Shown piece after piece: positions 1-2,406 of a stretch of 2,406 nucleotides of DNA. The notes beneath the pieces are model-generated. The model was given only the letters and a program-made list of their open reading frames with translations. It was not told the DNA's origin and made no database searches. The position numbers and the translations under genes were made by a program. This stretch comes from a virus (lineage: Duplodnaviria > Heunggongvirae > Uroviricota > Caudoviricetes). The stretch is from the IMG/VR virus record IMGVR_UViG_2695420644_000003. One strand, 5' to 3'. The number at the start of each line of letters is the position of its first letter. Position 1 is the stretch's first letter.

Positions 1-231
1 TTATCGACCAGCGATTTTTTCAGATCTGCAGAACACTTGGNGCCGNTNNANANGNAAATTGACCACATCAGACAGGAGGTTTAATTCACTCTGATAAATC
101 GCGATAACAGATTCAGTTATTTCGCGTTTTTCTTTATCAAGACCAAGTTGAATAAGAGACAAATCGCCATTTTTCATAACGGCGATTTTTAAGGCATTGT
201 TCAGTAAAACAACTGAACGAGAACAGGACAT
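1..231 (-). CDS. Hypothetical small protein, 76 aa from ATG at 231..229 (stop TAA at 3..1); distal gene of the leftward early operon; several codons ambiguous
   Basis: Open frame on minus strand with ATG at 231..229 preceded by GGAGG (7-nt spacer). The start overlaps the stop of the upstream ORF in the arrangement TGATG. The ORF track begins it at an in-frame TTG (234..232), which I consider less likely. Positions 41-56 contain N calls, so five residues are unknown. No recognisable domain. Confidence 0.55.
   Translation of the reverse strand: MSCSRSVVLLNNALKIAVMKNGDLSLIQLGLDKEKREITESVIAIYQSELNLLSDVVNXXXXRXQVFCRSEKIAGR
41..56. other. Patch of ambiguous base calls (N at 41, 46, 48, 49, 51, 53, 55)
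   Basis: Read directly from the sequence; interleaved N and called bases suggest low-quality base calling rather than a gap. Confidence 0.95.
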
Positions 232-455
232 CAAAGCACCTCCCCGCGAGACAAGCCGATGTTGTGAAATTTTTCCGACTCCTGACTGAGCAGCTCGACT
301 ATCTCCACGCGGGATAACTCCGCCTTTGTGATGTGGCGAATCATGGCGTCAAGATGAGAAGAAAAGCGCGTCGCTGCATCGGCCTGTGCTTCGGTTCTGG
401 CCTGTTGCAGCAGTAATGCGTATTTACCGCACTGATTTTCAGAAACTGTATGCAT
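231..455 (-). CDS. Hypothetical small protein, 74 aa from ATG at 455..453 (stop TGA 233..231)
   Basis: Minus-strand ORF. The ATG at 455..453 is preceded by GGAG (minus strand: CTGGAGAAAGTC-ATG). The track's longer version starts at a TTG at 488..486 inside the upstream hairpin region. Stop overlaps the start of the next ORF (TGATG). No recognisable domain. Confidence 0.55.
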   Translation of the reverse strand: MHTVSENQCGKYALLLQQARTEAQADAATRFSSHLDAMIRHITKAELSRVEIVELLSQESEKFHNIGLSRGEVL

Positions 456-481
456 GACTTTCTCCAGGCAAAAAGAAGCCC

Positions 482-497
482 CGCACAATTAAGTGCG
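482..497 (-). other. Short inverted repeat (CGCAC-6 nt-GTGCG) between the B-like gene and the next ORF; on the minus-strand transcript it is followed by GGGCUUCUUUUUGCC
   Basis: 5-bp perfect stem seen in sequence, with a U-rich tract a few nt downstream on the minus-strand RNA; too short to call a terminator with confidence. Possible weak attenuator within the operon. Confidence 0.25.
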
Positions 498-518
498 TTA
501 AAAACTCTGGTTAATTAC

Positions 519-1019
519 TTAATGCAGATATTGCTCTGGTTTTACCGATGTCAGAATTGTCGGTGCATACTCAAACAGACTGAATAATTCACGTAATGCA
601 CGGAATAAAGCATCACGCCAGTAACATGATTCTTCATTAATTCGCCAGTATGGCTGGTTGAATTCTTTTTCTGTCAATCTGGCATGCATAAATAAAGTAC
701 GCCGCTGACTGACTGTTAAAAAACTAATATATGCATACTCACTTGCACCGACCTGACGGCGTTTTGAGAATGCCCCACGCAATTCATCAATTGCACAAAC
801 CAGCCGTTCACGTTCGACATCGTTCATTTCTTCGAAACGCATCGTTGCGTGACGTTGTTTTAACTGCGCATGGAAGCAAACCGTTAGCCGTTCACGTTCC
901 ATCATCTGATTATAATAATCACATGTCTCCTGCCAGCGAGGGACGGCCAGATGCTTACCAATTATCCGGCGCATAGCTGCTGGCTGTTTTTCGACGAGAT
1001 TAAGTGTCATCACTGTCAT
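519..1019 (-). CDS. B: Replication protein B-like (166 aa), P2 early-operon type
   Basis: 166-aa minus-strand ORF with ATG at 1019..1017 preceded by GGAGG (8-nt spacer). Its start overlaps the stop of the upstream small ORF (ATGA). Position (third gene after cox) and length match phage P2 gene B as I recall it (166 aa). Assignment rests on synteny, size and memory, not an alignment. Confidence 0.7.
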   Translation of the reverse strand: MTVMTLNLVEKQPAAMRRIIGKHLAVPRWQETCDYYNQMMERERLTVCFHAQLKQRHATMRFEEMNDVERERLVCAIDELRGAFSKRRQVGASEYAYISFLTVSQRRTLFMHARLTEKEFNQPYWRINEESCYWRDALFRALRELFSLFEYAPTILTSVKPEQYLH

Positions 1020-1186
1020 TTCCAGACCCTCCGGCTTTTCAGAAAGGTCAGAGCCTTTTTTAACGGACTCTGTTTTTTGGTGCGGATAATGATTCCCTTA
1101 CGCCCCTTACCGTGGGTGATGGTGAAGTCAATCGCCCTGGGGCTTTCGTTACGCAGTAACTGAGCAATACAACGAGGTTCATTCAT
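1016..1186 (-). CDS. Small, highly basic hypothetical protein, 56 aa from ATG 1186..1184; occupies the position of P2 orf78 between cox and B
   Basis: ATG at 1186..1184 preceded by a strong Shine-Dalgarno (minus strand TTAAGGAGAACCGT-ATG). The track's longer version starts at GTG 1210 and would overlap cox. About 15 K/R against 3 D/E in 56 residues. A tandem nucleotide repeat CCCTTAC-G-CCCCTTAC (1095-1110) encodes a G-K-G-R-K-G motif. Stop TGA overlaps the B start. Confidence 0.6.
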   Translation of the reverse strand: MNEPRCIAQLLRNESPRAIDFTITHGKGRKGIIIRTKKQSPLKKALTFLKSRRVWK

Positions 1187-1196
1187 ACGGTTCTCC

Positions 1197-1472
1197 TTAA
1201 CGTGGTTCACCGAGACCTAACCACATCAACCAGCCGTCACGAATCTCTTTAGGGCGGCTTTCATAAGCCAGTTTTAGTCCGTTATTCCATGCCGGAAGGT
1301 ATACCCAATATTCACCTGCACGACCTGAAGCTGATTGTGGATCGGTCATATCAATTACAGGCAGCTTTCCTTTATCGATCATCCGACGAACCGCTCCTGT
1401 CGATTTTCCTATTAGTTTTGCGAACTCCTGATAAGGAATCGCATCAGTCATGAGTGTTACTTGCTTGCTCAT
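1197..1472 (-). CDS. cox: Cox-like excisionase / lysogeny-switch regulator (91 aa)
   Basis: 91-aa minus-strand ORF with ATG 1472..1470 preceded by GGAGG (5-nt spacer); first gene of the leftward operon, divergent from the repressor gene. Length equals P2 Cox (91 aa, from memory). The segment IPYQEFAKLIGKSTGAVRRMIDKGKLPV followed by GEYWVYLPAWNNG has the look of an excisionase-type winged-helix DNA-binding protein. Confidence 0.8.
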   Translation of the reverse strand: MSKQVTLMTDAIPYQEFAKLIGKSTGAVRRMIDKGKLPVIDMTDPQSASGRAGEYWVYLPAWNNGLKLAYESRPKEIRDGWLMWLGLGEPR

Positions 1473-1486
1473 GTCGTCCTCCAGCC

Positions 1487-1515
1487 CTCATGAATTGCGT
1501 TTAATGCCTTATAAT
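1487..1515 (+). promoter_or_regulatory. Candidate rightward repressor promoter (Pc-like): perfect -10 TATAAT at 1510-1515 with a poor -35
   Basis: TATAAT consensus on the plus strand; no good TTGACA-like hexamer at 16-18 bp upstream (best nearby is TTGCGT at 1495-1500, wrongly spaced). Predicted start near 1522, giving the repressor mRNA a leader of about 65 nt that runs through the leftward promoter. Confidence 0.35.
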
Positions 1516-1530
1516 GCCTTTTAGTGCACA
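1491..1530. promoter_or_regulatory. Four tandem 10-bp direct repeats at one-helical-turn spacing (TGAATTGCGT / TTAATGCCTT / ATAATGCCTT / TTAGTGCACA); candidate Cox-binding boxes over the rightward promoter
   Basis: Repeats read directly; the second and third are identical over 9 bp (TAATGCCTT). They overlap the TATAAT at 1510-1515. Assignment to Cox binding is inference from the known behaviour of P2 Cox (binds directly repeated boxes and represses Pc). Confidence 0.4.
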
Positions 1531-1553
1531 CATCCAAGCACTAAACAATCTAC

Positions 1554-1583
1554 ATCTAAACTAAATACTATTGAGATCTAAAC
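1554..1583. promoter_or_regulatory. Two exact 8-bp direct repeats ATCTAAAC (1554-1561 and 1576-1583), 22 bp centre to centre, flanking the -10 of the leftward promoter; candidate operator half-sites for the C-like repressor
   Basis: Repeats read directly; additional CTAAAC copy at 1541-1546. Direct-repeat operators two helical turns apart flanking the Pe -10 is what I recall for P2 C repressor; binding here is inferred. Confidence 0.5.
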
Positions 1584-1593
1584 ACCATGTCAA
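1565..1593 (-). promoter_or_regulatory. Candidate leftward early promoter (Pe-like): -35 TTGACA (plus-strand 1588-1593), 17-bp spacer, -10 TAGTAT (plus-strand 1565-1570)
   Basis: Perfect -35 consensus and optimal spacer on the minus strand; -10 keeps the most conserved positions (TA...AT). Predicted start near 1557-1559, about 85 nt upstream of cox. The -35 overlaps the repressor start codon (1587-1589). Confidence 0.55.
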
Positions 1594-1886
1594 ACACGAT
1601 AAGCGAGAAGATAGTCTTAATGCGAAAATCAGAGTATTTGAGCAGACAACAACTTGCTGATTTAACAGGGGTTCCGTATGGCACGCTGAGTTACTATGAA
1701 AGTGGTCGTTCAACACCTCCAACAGATGTCATGATGAACATCCTGCAGACCCCACAATTCACCAAATACACTTTATGGTTCATGACCAATCAGATCGCTC
1801 CTGAGTCCGGGCAAATTGCGCCCGCTCTCGCACACTTTGGGCAAAACGAAACAACGTCGCCCCACTCCGGTCAAAAGACTGGTTAA
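1587..1886 (+). CDS. C: Immunity repressor, HTH DNA-binding protein (99 aa), P2 C-like
   Basis: 99-aa plus-strand ORF (ATG 1587, TAA 1884-1886). N-terminal segment SRQQLADLTGVPYGTLSYYESG fits a helix-turn-helix. Divergent from cox and immediately upstream of int on the same strand, as in P2; length equals P2 C (99 aa, from memory). Weak Shine-Dalgarno (GAGA about 10 nt upstream). Confidence 0.8.
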   Translation: MSNTISEKIVLMRKSEYLSRQQLADLTGVPYGTLSYYESGRSTPPTDVMMNILQTPQFTKYTLWFMTNQIAPESGQIAPALAHFGQNETTSPHSGQKTG

Positions 1887-1888
1887 CA

Positions 1889-1910
1889 ATTCATCGTGAA
1901 TATATTCATC
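1889..1910. promoter_or_regulatory. 12-bp perfect palindrome TGAATATATTCA (1897-1908) flanked by direct repeats ATTCATC (1889-1895, 1904-1910) in the C-int spacer
   Basis: Read directly from the sequence; function unknown. Candidate protein-binding site (Int, IHF or other) or RNA element. Confidence 0.35.
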
Positions 1911-1925
1911 ACAAGTGCCTACTAT

Positions 1926-1948
1926 TGGTGGCTAAATTTCAGCCACCA
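1926..1948 (+). other. Perfect 8-bp stem / 7-nt loop hairpin (TGGTGGCT-AAATTTC-AGCCACCA) followed by A6, about 55 nt upstream of the int start
   Basis: Inverted repeat read directly. Followed by an A-tract on the plus strand and preceded by a T-tract on the minus strand, so it does not fit an intrinsic terminator on either strand; candidate mRNA processing or translational-control element for int. Confidence 0.35.
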
Positions 1949-2001
1949 CGAAAAAAGCGATTAGTAGTCGCCAAAAAACACACCACTCGGAGGGTTTTCT
2001 G

Positions 2002-2406
2002 ATGGCAATCAAAAAACTCGATGATGGTCGATATGAAGTGGACATCCGCCCTACTGGACGTAATGGAAAACGCATCCGTAGGAAGTTTGATAAGAAAAGC
2101 GAAGCTGTCGCTTTCGAGAAATACACGTTGTACAACCACCACAATAAAGAATGGCTATCAAAACCAACAGACAAGCGACGTCTGTCGGAGCTGACACAGA
2201 TCTGGTGGGATTTAAAGGGTAAACACGAAGAGCATGGGAAATCTAATCTTGGAAAAATTGAAATCTTCACAAAAATAACGAATGACCCATGCGCATTTCA
2301 AATTACGAAATCGCTTATCAGCCAGTACTGCGCCACCCGAAGAAANTNNGNNNANNCCCAGGCCATCGCATGCCACTGGCAATCACCGGCATCGGCAAGG
2401 CATTGA
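2002..2406 (+). CDS. int: Tyrosine integrase, N-terminal (arm-binding) portion only; reading frame closes at 134 aa with TGA at the window end, after ambiguous bases at 2346-2356
   Basis: ATG 2002 preceded by GGAGG (8-nt spacer). The N-terminus (KKLDDGRYEVDIRPTGRNGKRIRRKFDKKSEAVAFEKY) has the pattern of a phage integrase arm-type DNA-binding domain. A complete integrase would be over 300 aa with a C-terminal catalytic domain, which cannot be present in this window. Whether the 134-aa stop is real or an artefact of miscalled bases cannot be decided from the sequence. Confidence 0.65.
   Translation: MAIKKLDDGRYEVDIRPTGRNGKRIRRKFDKKSEAVAFEKYTLYNHHNKEWLSKPTDKRRLSELTQIWWDLKGKHEEHGKSNLGKIEIFTKITNDPCAFQITKSLISQYCATRRXXXXXQAIACHWQSPASARH
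2346..2356. other. Patch of ambiguous base calls (N at 2346, 2348-2349, 2351-2353, 2355-2356) inside the integrase reading frame
   Basis: Read directly from the sequence. Confidence 0.95.

Noticed and set aside
1-455. Toxin-antitoxin pair formed by the overlapping 74-aa and 76-aa ORFs
   Set aside because: Overlapping small genes fit the size pattern, but they lie deep inside a phage early operon without their own promoter or operator, and neither shows a recognisable toxin or antitoxin fold motif; more consistent with P2-type accessory early genes.
731-976. 81-aa plus-strand ORF (His/Pro/Arg-rich)
   Set aside because: Lies entirely antisense to the B-like gene, has no Shine-Dalgarno and a low-complexity composition typical of antisense frames of real genes.
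951-1163. 70-aa plus-strand ORF
   Set aside because: Antisense to the B-like and basic small ORF coding regions; no ribosome-binding site; the coupled minus-strand genes explain this DNA better.
232-1210. Longer versions of three minus-strand ORFs starting at TTG 234, TTG 488 and GTG 1210
   Set aside because: Each has an in-frame ATG a few codons downstream with a proper Shine-Dalgarno at correct spacing; the non-ATG starts lack one and would create larger overlaps with upstream genes.
1575-1578. GATC (Dam) site inside the leftward promoter spacer and operator repeat
   Set aside because: A single GATC is expected by chance at this length; there is no cluster or other indication of methylation-dependent control.
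1926-1948. Hairpin in C-int spacer as a rho-independent terminator
   Set aside because: No T/U tract follows the stem on either strand (A-tract downstream on plus, T-tract upstream on minus), so terminator geometry is not met; kept only as a candidate regulatory structure.
1887-2001. Phage attachment site (attP core) in the C-int spacer
   Set aside because: I cannot recognise a known att core here from memory, and the palindrome alone is not evidence; the att site is more likely outside this window.
1932-2270. 112-aa and 67-aa minus-strand ORFs (1932..2270 and 1939..2142)
   Set aside because: Both are antisense to the integrase N-terminal coding region and run into the C-int spacer; no supporting start signals.
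1-2406. CRISPR array, tRNA/rRNA, insertion sequence or defence-system genes
   Set aside because: No spacer-repeat array, no tRNA-like cloverleaf candidates, no terminal inverted repeats or transposase-like ORF, and no ORF large enough or with motifs suggestive of known defence enzymes.

Overview
The window reads as the immunity/early-control region of a P2-type temperate phage or prophage (Peduovirus-like); this is recognised from gene order, protein sizes and motifs, not from any search. A rightward unit encodes a 99-aa HTH repressor (C-like) followed by the N-terminal part of a tyrosine integrase. A divergent leftward operon encodes a 91-aa Cox-like excisionase/regulator, a 56-aa very basic protein, a 166-aa replication protein B-like protein and two further small proteins (74 and 76 aa). 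The genes overlap at the 5' ends of their transcripts: a near-consensus leftward promoter (Pe-like) sits over the repressor start codon, and a rightward TATAAT (Pc-like) sits nearer cox, so the two promoters face each other across about 35 bp. Two separate families of direct repeats cover these promoters. I see no CRISPR array, RNA gene, transposase or recognisable defence/toxin domain, so I do not claim a novel system here. The parts worth a second look are the three small uncharacterised ORFs in the early operon, the structured C-int spacer, and the integrase ORF that closes at 134 aa just after a patch of ambiguous bases. Ambiguous bases sit about 50 bp inside both window ends and limit what can be said about the two terminal genes.
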